From: Psammoneis japonica | Lineage: Eukaryota | Reading direction: 5' to 3' | Assembly: GCA_008632985.1 (NCBI GenBank) | Contig: QPGO01000198.1 | Location: forward strand, 62,001-126,000 | Length of the DNA stretch: 64,000 nt | Shown here: one piece after another, positions 13,059 to 23,986 of the stretch | Layout of the letters: the number at the start of each line of letters is the position of its first letter | Position numbering within the stretch: the stretch's first letter is position 1 | Position numbers and translations under genes: made by a program | Notes under the pieces: model-generated | Database searches by the model: none | Told to the model about the DNA's origin: nothing | What the model saw: only the letters and a program-made list of their open reading frames with translations

Positions 13059-14586
13059 GAATGCAACCGAGGAATGAAATCTGAAGCAGCAAGACTTTGT
13101 TTGTTGTTGCCTTTTGTCTTGGTGGCATGGAGGTTGTGGCAATGTGAAAGCAAACAAATGAAGGCAGGTTTGGCAACAAACGATTTCCAGATTTCAGTCA
13201 ATCAAATGGGGGCCTGCAGTGCCGCAGAACCTGGCATGACTTTGCACACATGCTTCACCGTGTTTTTGGATGAGGAGCACAAAAGATGCAGCCATGGCAG
13301 CCAAGCTTTGTTTGGGCGTGTCAAAGCAAGTTATGTTGTCTGTTGCATTGTCATTCGTTGCTCACTGGATTTTGTGCAGTTCAAGTTGGAGGGAATGGGA
13401 AGAGACACAACACTGCTTTCCACAACAAGAAGAGTCCTTGTCAATCCAAGCTGGAGCACAGAGTGGCGCACGCAGCTGCTTCTCTGACAAATGACAGACA
13501 AGCACATTGATGATGAAACCAGTTGTTGTTGTTGTGCTTGTTTGTGCTCAGCATGTGTTTTGGACACATCAACAACAGCACCCACAAAATGCAGCACAGC
13601 AACTGGTCATCAGCTCAAAGTTTTGTGCTCTTGTTGTTCTGCCAAAAGAGCCTCTTCCACCCAGACATCTCCATTGCTGCCCGCACGACTTCCATGTCAA
13701 GGCACCCTGATTGCCATGCAGTCTGGGGTGGTCCATGTTCTTTGCAGGGCATGCATGAGCTTGTGCAAATGAGCAAGAGAGAAAGGGGTTCTCAGATGAC
13801 AGCTGGCGGCAACAGATGCTGGTCTCCCACAAAAGGGTGCAAATGAGATCATCAGCGGAAGCTCACCTTGTTTTCTTTCATCCAATGAGCACAAGAAGCA
13901 ATGGGTGAAGCTGTTGCAATCACTGATGGTGCAGGAGACAAAAATGCAGCCACAGGAGCCACCCAAACCTCCAAATCAGCATCCTCCATGGCAGCATCAA
14001 TGGAGCTGAAGGCAAGTGCAGAGATGTGCTTGCCAGCCATCATCCATGTCCATCATGCCCACACCACAAACAACCGTGATTTCACACTGAAAAGCATGAA
14101 AAAGCAGCATGACAAGTGAGGGCCAGCTGGGGGATCATGGGGCACATGAAAAATGATGCTCCAAAGCAACAAAACAGTGGCACAGCATTGTGCACTTGCT
14201 CGCTCACATGGTGTTCTCCACCAGATTCTGTCATGCAGATGTCAAAAACAACAACAACGATTCTGCTGGTGTTGTTTGTTCATGCATGTTGCAATGCAAG
14301 AAATGCCAACATGACAGCCAGTGAGTTGTGAAGTGGCAACAAGATGGCAACAACACAACAAACTGATCCAAGCCACCATGACACACCTTGCCATGTCAAT
14401 GATCACTCTGCATGGTGTTGGGGCACTGTTGATCGCAATGACTCCAAACAGCAACTTGCCACATTGGCTGTCTTTTTGTTGGTGAATGCGCTGCACTGCA
14501 CACAAAAAATGCGTGCACGTTGCTGTGGCAAACAAAGAGTCAAGCAATTTGGCAATGTTGTTCATTTCACTCAGACATTTTGGTTG

Positions 14587-14712
14587 TGATTTCTTTCATG
14601 ATTTCTGGTGATTTCTTGCATTTTCTCTTGATTTCTTGTGCTTCTTGCAATTTCTCATGCTTCTTGGAATTTCTTGTGCAATTTCTCTGGATTTCTTGTA
14701 ATTTCTCATGCT
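14587..14712 (-). repeat. Degenerate tandem repeat (ATTTCTY-rich; coiled-coil-like EKLQE on the minus strand)
   Basis: Repeated gatttcttg / caatttctc units about 10-11 bp apart. Confidence 0.6.
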
Positions 14713-14994
14713 GATGTCTTTGTGACACATTGTCATCAACGTTGTTGAAGGATGAGAACACATGCCATGATGCTTTCTCCAGATGATGTGCTTTGAAAAA
14801 GGAATTTCACATGAGAGGCAATTTTGCAAACACATCTCCTCCTCCCCACTTCGACAAGCACATTCTTTAAAATTTGCCTGGGCACATTCTTCAGACATCA
14901 AAGAACATGCCCAGCCTGTTGTCATTGTCACAAATGAAGAAAACAGAAGGCCTTTGGCTTTGCAAAACAGGGAGCATGAAACACCAATTTTGCA

Positions 14995-15101
14995 GAAGAT
15001 CACACGTAGAAACTGTGCGCGCGACATGCGGCGTGATCCAAAAAACTGTCAACGTTGCAGCTCAGCAGTGCAAGGGGTCCCACCCAGAGCTGGAGCTTGT
15101 C
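14995..15101 (-). mobile_element. Degenerate terminus of the same transposon family as the MITE at 2369-2758
   Basis: Aligns with the reverse complement of 2369-2475 (CACGTAGAAA..GCGCGACAT.CG...CAAAAAACTGTC...CAGCAG...GGTCCCACC.AGA.CTGGA). Confidence 0.8.
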
Positions 15102-15270
15102 AACAGCCAGAAATTCTGCCATGTCTGTCTCTTCTCTTTGCACATCTGCAGGAGATGGCAGTCATTTTGGATGGAATGTTCTGTGGCAATGTGGGAGATG
15201 CTGGAGGTGACAACGCCATGGCGGAGGCAGGTTGCACAGGAATTTTGAACAAAAACACCACACTTTCAAA

Positions 15271-15491
15271 CAGTGTTGACCAATTGCCAGGATGGGTTGC
15301 AATCAGCCTCGCTTTGATTGCAATCACTGTTGCAAACTCAACTGCAATCACCTGATTGTTGGGAACGAGCTGAGGTTGCAATCACAATTGACTGCTGCAA
15401 TCAATTGCAATCAAAATTCAAGCTCCATTTCCAGCCAAAAGACTGATTGCAATCTGATTGCTGCAGAAAACTTTGCAATCAGTCAACACTG
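15271..15491. mobile_element. MITE with CAGTGTTGAC terminal inverted repeats and internal GATTGC/GCAATC repeats
   Basis: CAGTGTTGACcaATTGC ... GCAATcaGTCAACACTG, with CAAA on both flanks as a putative 4-bp TSD. Confidence 0.8.
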
Positions 15492-16899
15492 CAAAGGGCC
15501 AGTGTGGCACAACCAGAGGTCACTGGAACACAAACAAAGTGTGAAAATGCATGTTTTCAAGCAGGGAGAACTTGTTTGCATGGTCGTTCAAGGCTGGCAA
15601 GGTGCTTTTGCAGATGACAACATTGACAGATTTTTTTTTGTGGTGTCAAAATTAATTTCAACACCACACATGGTGTTGGCTTCTGATTGGCTTTAAAAAT
15701 TGACAGCAAACACATGCAATTGAGTGCAACATCTTCAACTGCCAATTTTGTTTGTGCCTTCATTGGCGATCATCTGTGAAGTCAATGCATGTCACATGCG
15801 ACATCATTTGACAATGTTTGGTGATGATTGTCATTGCATGCAGAGTGTTGAACTTTCTCTGTGCGGGATGTCCCAGAGGGCATGGGAACAAATGAGAACA
15901 AATCTCTTGCATGCAACCTTGGCGCACCATCCATCTTGCATCTGCGACAGTCTGTGAGGAAACTTTGGGTGTGCAAAGCACACACCACAACCATTGACAC
16001 ATGGACTTGCAACAGAGAGTGATGCATGGCAAGGGGCAAGTTCTCCCACACATGGGTCAGAAGTTCTTGCAATGAAAACTGCAGTTGAGCAGATTGAGGC
16101 CTTGCATTGCAAGCTTTGAGGCGCAAGCAGCAGGGATTGTGCAGATGGCTTGGGAGGATGAACACAAAAATCTGGCAGATGCACTCACCAAACTCATGCC
16201 CAGGCCAAAGCCCTGGGAATTGATTCATCACATGCTGTGGTGAGTTGGTTCATCCAAAATGGATGAGCTGGGATTTTCCTCTAAAAACAGAGGGGTTTTG
16301 CCCACCCCAAACAAAGTTGGAATTCTCTAGAACAGGGCGGCAATGTGGGGGTGCAGGTTGTGTCAAACTGACCCAACTGTGATTGGTGTCAGCTCAAGAA
16401 GACTGAGTGATTCCAGCCATGCTGCAGCCAAATGAGCACTGGGACCATTTGGCAAAGACTGCCGCTGTCGTGTGAATGGTGGGTGGCACAGAGCAGCCAC
16501 TTCAGTGTGTGATCCCTTGGAGCAACCCTCACAATTTCCAGAATCCTGTTGACTGCTGTGCAACACTTTTCTGCCATGTCTTGTCAATTTTTGGCAACTG
16601 GTGTGGCACAATTTGCTCAGTTGAGAAAACCAGGCTCACAGTTTGTCCCCCCCAGGAGCATGTGGTGCACAGTCATTGTGTTGTTGCGCACAAAACTGGG
16701 AGCTGGGTCATCTGCATCTTTTGATTGATTTTTGGTGGAGTTCTCTTGTGAATGAAACCCAACACAGCAACAGGAAAGTTGACAACAACACATGTCTCTC
16801 TCCTTGGGAGCCTTGTGATGTGAGACAAGCCTTTCCTCATGATGAGATGCCTCAAGACAGCGGACTCAACTTGTGAAATGTGCAGGCACTGACTTCACC

Positions 16900-17090
16900 C
16901 AACAATGGCCATCAGTCCTGCCCTCATCAACTCCAAATCATCCAAAGAAATGTCTTCCAACAGCTCTGGTCCCTCAAAAAAGCCAGCAGTGCCACTGGTC
17001 TCTTTCATCTTCACATCCTTGTGTTGGCTCATCATCAGAGAGGGTGACAACCATGGGAAAGCTTGAGAAGTGGGCCCACACGCCTGTTGA
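16900..17090 (-). repeat. Diverged inverted copy of about 8355-8560
   Basis: The reverse complement contains TGTGGGCCCACTTCTCAAGCTT...CACCCTCT...ATGAGCC...CAAGGA and TTTGGA.GATTTGGA.TTG, as at 8360-8540. Confidence 0.7.
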
Positions 17091-17857
17091 CTCATCCCCA
17101 GCTTGCTTGATGTGAGCATCTGGGCAGGCTGCAATCAAAATGTCATTGGACATCTCATCTTGAAAATCCACATGCTTGCACCTGGTGTTCCACTTTTTTC
17201 ATTTGGGGTTGCTTTTGCTTTTGGAGCAGGGGACAGCCAAGGCCAGCGGGTGGCGGCTGTGGGGGTTGGGATGAGAGGTGGCAAGAGATTTTGAGTGTGT
17301 TCCTTCTGGCACCTTCTTGAAAATGCCATTGCTTTCTGGTGTCACCAGGCCCAGACACAACCGCGTGCTTGTTGATTTCCTTCTCACACATCATTTGCAA
17401 GAGTGTGTCATCTGCAAGAGTTGTTCAAAAGCACGGTGCTGAAAGAATTTCCCTCCACACTGGATCATCTTTAAATCAGTGGTTTCCTCTCTGAATTTGA
17501 TGAAACAGTTTAGCCATTCTTGATGCCATTGTTCAAAGTCGTTGCGGACAAAGAGCAGATGCTCTTTTGGATCGGTGGCATCGAATGTTACATCTTAAAA
17601 ACATGTCTGTTGTGGAATTGACACGGTTGCACTGCTGCGGCGGGCGGTCGCAAAACCCACCCGAGAGTTTCTGCGCACGACGAGCACGACTCGCACGACT
17701 GACAAATTTTGGCAGCAGACGCAGAACAGCCGCGCCGCATGCACTCGAAACTCGAAAGTCTGATTTTTTCATGAGTTTTGTGCATTGTAGGGCCTCAAGT
17801 TATTGTTGGTGGTTGCAGTGTGCTTGTTGCGTTTGCCGAGTCTCTCCCACAATTGCA

Positions 17858-18791
17858 ATGAGAATTTTGGAGAGCTTGCAAGCGGTGTTGGCCGAAACGA
17901 ACCCGAGTGAGGTCATTCACATCACCATCTTGGGTGAAGAACTCGATGCTGAAGGTGTCCAGCAATTGTGCCGAGTCCTTCCGTCCTTTTGCGAATTAAC
18001 GCATCTTATTTTGTGTGCTTGTAACCTTGGTTCAGAGGGAATGGACGATTTGTCTCTAGCCCTTTTGTTGCTCCCAAAGCTGCATTTCCTTGATGTGAGC
18101 CACACGCGATTGGGGATGACGGTGTCAAGTGTTTGTCGAAAGTCATCCCTTCTCTCTTTCAGCTGGCGACACTTAACCTGAATGATGAAACAGCATTGGC
18201 CCTGAGGGTGTAAAGTCTTTGTGCGAAGTGCTGGAAGAGAATGCAGCAATCACGTATGTCATCCTCGAAAGAAACGCAATAAGCTGTCGAGGTGCAGAAT
18301 ACATTGGGAAAAATGTTGCTAAAAAATCGCAAACTGACAACTTTGTCGTTACGGATTGTCGCATTGGGCAAAAGGGAACTAAAGTGTTGGCCAAGAATCT
18401 GCATGGAAACTCATCCATTGATGCTCTTTATCTTGATGGCAACAACATTAGAGATGGTGGTGCAAGAGCCCTCGGACAAATGCTTGCACAAAACGACACA
18501 ATAAAAAGTTGATTGTGTCGCGGGACTCTTTTGGAGATGCGGGGAGGCGGCCCTGGTGGACGGCGTGAAGCAAAATAGGAAGGTTAATCCTTCCCGTTTA
18601 TGGCCGGCATTGGCAAGGAGCTGGTTTCTGAGATTGAAAGAGACCGCAAGATGTTAAGGGACATTTTGCGGTTGTTGCGTCGTGATTCGGTTCCCGATGG
18701 TATTTGGGCCAAGGTGTTGGCACGGGTTAGCCACAACCCCAACCTTCTTTACCGTGTAATCAAGGCCAAACCAGAGATATTCAGGAAATGA
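17858..18791 (+). CDS. RNI-like leucine-rich repeat protein (NLRC3-like), with frameshifts
   Basis: LxxLxLxxCxLG and LYLDGNNIRDGGARAL repeats spread over three frames. C-terminal GIWAKVLARV motif, also seen in the LRR gene at 30.5 kb. Confidence 0.75.
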
Positions 18792-19421
18792 ATGTTATTC
18801 TGTTTACATGATATTGGGAACAGCAGGTTGGTTCCGAATTCGAGGAGTATGGGATGTACGAGTATGTGAGACGCATCCATGGACGTCACTTGGTGCTTTT
18901 TATTTTTTATAAGTAACCGACAACAATTTAGTAGAACACACCATGTATCTTTTTGTTTCTACCAGAGCCCATTCTTCGTACGGCGGGGTAGTCTCTAGCA
19001 ACCGATGCTCTATTCTTCCGTACAAACGCTCTCTCTTTCTACTTATTGACTCATTGGCGTTGCGGTAGTCATTCTCGTTTAGTTGAAATACCTTTGCCCA
19101 TCCTAAAGCGCAAAGGTAATTGCTTTTCTAGTGAGATACTATAATATACTGGTAGTTTCAAATAGGCCCTAGAGACTACAAGTAGGCCACACGCCCTAGT
19201 CTAGCTGATGCAAACAAACACAATTTTTACACTAAGCTGATGGAGTGCAGAATCTTGATAGTTTCTTGTATGATGGGTGCCTCCGGTTACCAAAAACATT
19301 CTTTACACAAAAAAAAGAGCTTACGTTTTGTGCCTTCCGTAGCTGCTGCAGCACGAACGCACCTTCTCTCTCTTTCCAACGATACAATATCTACCTCCCA
19401 TTCTTCTTCATTACTCCTTGT

Positions 19422-19910
19422 TCATTCCATTCTGTACTTCAGCCGCTTGTATAGGGGAGCTTCATCATCTTCTTCTTGTTTCTTGCATACATTGGCCGCG
19501 TACTGATCCGACACTTTGCACTGGACGCCCGCATAATTGGTAATGCTCTCATAGGCATCCTTTAGAGCGGCAACAAAGAAATGATTCCAAAAGGTCGATC
19601 CATCGACTCGATAGTTCCACAGACACACCGACATGTTGGTACCTTCTTCGATCGATCGACGAATCTTTTCCACCGCCTTGGGATTCGTTTCGGTCCTTGA
19701 AGGAATCGACCACTGCGTCCCCACACTTGATCCCGTGTGTATCCCGTGAGATTTAAAATCCCTGTGCCGCACAGACAATAGGATGGTCGGGACGAGAGAG
19801 TTCTGCCACGATAAAGTTTTTTGTGTCGTTTACAAGGCCCTGATGAAACTAAAGTTGGTATCGTCCAACACGTTGTTGGCATCGTTGGAATTGTTGGCAA
19901 TGAGTCTTCT
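19422..19910 (-). pseudogene. Aureochrome-1a-like LOV domain fragment (no bZIP seen)
   Basis: Joining frames gives VLDDTNFSFIRAL*TTQKNFIV...PDHPIV...LNLTGYTRDQVWGRSGRFLQG/ETNPKAVEKIRRSIEEGTNMSVCLWNYRVDGSTFWNHFFVAALKDA...GVQCKVSDQYAA, close to the diatom AUREO1a C-terminus. It has a stop, frameshifts and loss of the NCRFLQ cysteine. Confidence 0.88.
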
Positions 19911-20064
19911 CCGTGTGATCGTGACCCGTCAGTCCTTCTTACCGTGCCTTGTTGCCGAGACCGTCCTCCTTTCAGTGGTTCTTCCCATCTCAACATGATG
20001 TAGTCCTTTCCTTTGCTGCAATGGACGGGGTTCAAGAAAGCAGCTAATATCATCCATTAAAAGA

Positions 20065-21140
20065 TCAGCTCCAGGCTGTTGAAGATTGAAGCTGAGAAGC
20101 TCTTGATCCTTCATGCGTAAGTTCGTTCCTACGTTCACGGCGGCACAGAATCCTGAGGGCTTCTAAGGCTGCGAAAGTTGTCGAGTAAGAGTAACGAAGA
20201 GTAAAAGTGCACCTATCGTACGGCTTAGCACGCATGTTCCTGAATAAGTATGTCGTTGGTGTACTCGCTAGCCGCCATATCAGGAGCTTATCTTCTTGGC
20301 ACTCCAAAATCAATTCAGTAGCATTTGTAGTCGCGTCGTTTTGGAAAATAGTTACTGAAAGTTTCAATGTTGGAGCTTGCGATGGCGAGGCGGATGGACT
20401 ACTAGTTGGCGGAAGAAGAGACGTCGGTGGTACAGTGGAGTTGGGTGTAGGGAACAACAACGAAGCATCGCCTCCCATCAAGACTATTGAGTCGGGATTG
20501 ATGTTTTCCGATGCCACCTGCAACCACCGGAATGGCAGACTGGTTTAGAGCAAACATGAATGACTCGACCGCTGCAGTGTTTTTGCTTCATTCAGAGAGT
20601 ATCTTAGCAGACTTCGCATCAAAACATTGACCTTCTCGGGATATAACCTATGGAAAGTCTGAGAGGTAGTAAAAGGTGAGCCTTACTAGCTCACTCCCGA
20701 ACAAGGCAATTTTATGTCTTACCCAAAGCGACGGACTCAATGATGTTACTCGGAGTATTCTCAGGCACCCCCAGTCGTCTACGATTGTTCAAGTTCCTTT
20801 GAAATTCTGCAACGAAATGCTGGTTGAGAAATTGTCCATGGCAGCCACCAAGTTTCATTAAGATGTTATTCAGGTAAAACTCCAGGAATCATCTCCACAA
20901 CAACAGCAATCACATAGCCCTGGAGCACAACATGTGTTCAAGGGACTCGAATCGGGTAGGCGACGCTGTTGGGTCTGGCGAGGAGCTTCCACTGTGTCCA
21001 GAAACTACGAGAGATACTGGTACCGCAGCGACAAGTGTCAAAAGAAAGACAACCGGAGCAAGAAAAGAACGTCGTTTCCACCACGAACGTTCACAAGAAG
21101 GCTTGCTTCGGCTAAAGGAACACTGGAGCAACTTTCATAG
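20065..21140 (-). CDS. Hypothetical membrane-anchored protein with Pro/Ser/Thr stalks (exon structure uncertain, possibly degenerate)
   Basis: Hydrophobic segment APVVFLLTLVAAVPVSLVV followed by PTASPT, and a downstream ORF with SPSASPSQAPT. Confidence 0.4.
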
Positions 21141-21244
21141 GGATGTCTCGCTCCAATCCCAAACACCAACATCTCCTCACATAATGTAGCACCAGTCCTG
21201 TTTCTCCAATCTGCAAGCAGAGGAGGAGCCGACAGGAATCACAA

Positions 21245-22341
21245 TCATCCTCGATGGCTGTCTACGCTGTCCGTTCGAGTCGCCGCTTCTTCGCAATCTT
21301 CGTCGATTGGTTCCCCAAAGAAAGCTCTTTCTGGAGGCAAATACTCTTGCCACGTGGAGTAGAAAATCAAGGAATACCGTTCGGTTGTAGAATCATAGGG
21401 AGCAACCCAATGCGGGAATCTTCCATCCACCTTGCCCAGTCGATTCTTGGTGTTGACATGAGCCACAACAAACGGACTGGCTTCCACACAAATACCGCCT
21501 TGTCCATCCGGGAAATTACCCAATGAGAGTCCATAAAAGGGACCTGTATTTTGCTTATCAATATGAGGACTTCCTCGAAAGCCAAACGTAACCGCCAACG
21601 CACTAAATTTGTCGGCATACTCGGGATCCACGTCTACAAGTGCCTCTTCGGCTAGTCCCACAACGCTTGATTCTGTTTTAGTTTCTTGGCAGCCAGCGTG
21701 GCGTTGTGACTGTCTTTTGACCAAATTCCAATGGATTTCGAAGAATCATGTACGACTTTGCATCAATCGACGGTCTCGTGTTTGTCGTGTGTCGTTTTCT
21801 CCACAGCTTCAACTCTGACAGCAGCTCTTGTTGCAGATTTGATCGTATGGGCGTTCCAAGGACTCGAATCACTTTGCGTTCGGGACCTCGTGCTTTGTAG
21901 TGCTCCAATAATTTTTGCATAATTTCACCTCGTTTCAAGGGATCCAAGGCACGATGATTTTCTCCAAATTCCGTCGCAAGTCTCTCCCGCAAAACCGACG
22001 TTGGCCACGGCTCCAACTGCGATCGAAGAAGAGTTGCATCCCTCTCGGCGGGGGACGCACCAATGTTGCATTGTCTTTTTTTTATACCGCTTCCAATATT
22101 CGTCAGGATCTTGAATCGAAACTCGCTTGGCGTGTCCCAGTCGACAAGTAGCACCAAAACAACACGGAGAAACGCCGTCGTCTTTTTGGTGTCGAAAGCG
22201 ACACGGTGGTCGAGGCGGATCGCAAACGCCGTACTTGAAATAAAAACAACACAATCCTACATCAGGGGTTTCTTCTTCTTCTTTCTGTTGACTTTTGCAT
22301 GCTTGTTGTTTCGTAGTTGGTTTTATAACAGTGTCGGTCAT
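21245..22341 (-). CDS. CCCH zinc finger + 2OG-Fe(II) dioxygenase (HxDxxN...H...RxS), two apparent frameshifts
   Basis: CFYFKYGVC..PC.F.H and CCFGATCRLGH fingers. Catalytic motifs PHIDKQN, LGNF..GG, PHWVAP and RYSLIFY. Frame changes at about 22080 (A-run) and about 21720. Confidence 0.75.
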
Positions 22342-22480
22342 CTTTTCAACAGACTACATGCTACAGTATTTTTTGCACGGTGTTGTCGTGTGTTGTGGGT
22401 GTTGGATGTGCCCAACACCGCGGTTTCATTGGTGTGAAAAACGCCCGTGGAATGTCGGTCAGACTGTTCCAGCGCAAAAA

Positions 22481-22490
22481 TGAGTCGTGA
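22481..22490. promoter_or_regulatory. Putative promoter element TGAGTCGTGA (also 26136, 26154, 55285, 55306)
   Basis: The exact 10-mer was seen five times, always in non-coding DNA shortly upstream of start codons. Confidence 0.55.
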
Positions 22491-22732
22491 AGTCTTCCCT
22501 GTTCAGTCCCGAGAGTGGATATAAATAAATTTATGTACGAATAAGAATGTTTATTGAACTTCAAGTTGTAAAGCACAGTCAACTATGACCAATTTCACTC
22601 TGCCACAGTACCGTAACAACCGCAAACCGCAAAAAATGCATGCGACACTCGACACTGCTGTACAACATGTATGCTGGGACAACACTCTGAACTCACTAGT
22701 CGACACCTACATCAAAAGATCACTGTAATGAT

Positions 22733-23986
22733 ATGGTTTCACCGAGGGTGAAAAGAAAAAAGGTTGCCTTTGTTGAAAAGGCGATGTCTCATGTACCAAT
22801 GATTGCAATCGGCTTGGCCGTCCTTCTTGCCATTGCCAGTCTGATGGCAGCGTGTAGCATGCCTCATGATAACAACAACTGGGACATGAACATGACCTCA
22901 ACAACAAGAATGGCAACAACCAAGACTTTGCTTCGACCAAGACCTTTGCCCGACATGTCTGAGGGTGGTATGATTTTTTTCTTGCATGTTCCAAAGACGG
23001 GAGGAACCACGTTGAAGTCTAATTTCGACGAAACTACATCACCCAACGGATTCAGAGTCAGGGCACGCAACAACAATGTAAAAGAGTCCAAATTTTCTCG
23101 ACGCATAAAATACATTAGCGGAAACTGGCGCTCCAATTTGGACAGCAAGTTTGATTACATTAAGGAGTTTTTAACTTGCCACGCGACAGAGAGAAGGAAG
23201 AAATACGACAAGCCCGTGTTGTTTGTGGAGGTGCACGGCATGGATTCCTACAATGCCATTGAATTACAAGAATTTATCAAGGAGTGGCGAAGTTTGGCGA
23301 AAATTGGTGGGGTTCCTTTCTTTGCCTTTACCATACTCCGCGAAGCTCTTTCCGCCCAAGTGTCGTTCTTCAACTTTTATCACTTGGTGTTTTCGGATTG
23401 TCGCTTTGAACAAGTTCCAGCACACATGTCGACACGCGAGATTGAAAAGCAGCTACTCGTCCCTTGGTCGTATAACAATCCTCAGTGCTTGTTTCTGGCG
23501 CGTGGGGAGCGCACCTTTGGCGAACGACCCGCAAGTTGCTACGGGATGCACTCGAGCAAAGGGTTAGAAAGGTCGCTAGCCATGAAGCGTGGTATTCAGG
23601 CAGAAAGAACGCAAATAAATCAGGCCGTTCAGCAACACAGCAAACCTCAAATGGAAGCGTTGCGCAACAATTTGACTCGTGCGGAATGTAGCAACGTGTA
23701 TTCCGTCTTGCAAGAGTCCATGGATTGGATTGGTGTGCTCGATCGCTGCAACGAAGAAACCTTTCCCATGTTGACACAAATGATATACAATAATGCCAGC
23801 CTTGCTTCGGAACTGGTACGAGCACGGCCTAGCGACTATCAGCAGACCAAGCGCCTCTTGCAACTACAAAGCGTCAGTAAAGCAACAATGGAGCAGCTCG
23901 AACGAAAGAGCCAGATGGATATTGAACTCTACCGCAGAGCAAGCAGAGAGTACACGACAGACATGTGGACCAACTTTCCATCGTAA
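22733..23986 (+). CDS. Type II membrane sulfotransferase-family protein
   Basis: N-terminal TM anchor, 5'-PSB motif FFLHVPKTGGTT, TILRE...VSFFNF and C-terminal DIELY. Confidence 0.82.
   Translation: MVSPRVKRKKVAFVEKAMSHVPMIAIGLAVLLAIASLMAACSMPHDNNNWDMNMTSTTRMATTKTLLRPRPLPDMSEGGMIFFLHVPKTGGTTLKSNFDETTSPNGFRVRARNNNVKESKFSRRIKYISGNWRSNLDSKFDYIKEFLTCHATERRKKYDKPVLFVEVHGMDSYNAIELQEFIKEWRSLAKIGGVPFFAFTILREALSAQVSFFNFYHLVFSDCRFEQVPAHMSTREIEKQLLVPWSYNNPQCLFLARGERTFGERPASCYGMHSSKGLERSLAMKRGIQAERTQINQAVQQHSKPQMEALRNNLTRAECSNVYSVLQESMDWIGVLDRCNEETFPMLTQMIYNNASLASELVRARPSDYQQTKRLLQLQSVSKATMEQLERKSQMDIELYRRASREYTTDMWTNFPS

Larger units (their letters stand above)
4370..17560. other. TpA- and CpG-depleted block of degenerate repeats and pseudogenes
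   Basis: Only about two dozen TA dinucleotides seen by eye in 13 kb. Strong TG/CA excess. Six-frame ORFs are nearly Tyr-free and Cys/His-rich. Confidence 0.95.

Noticed and set aside
4295..17500. Dense overlapping Cys/His-rich ORFs in all six frames as novel metal-binding proteins or an alternative genetic code
   Set aside because: They follow from loss of TAA/TAG and Tyr codons. Normal genes in the window use TAA, TAG, TGA and Tyr conventionally.
4370..17560. Classical RIP or 5mC deamination as the sole explanation
   Set aside because: RIP raises TpA. CpG decay explains the CG loss but not the TA loss, which also occurs where CG is intact.
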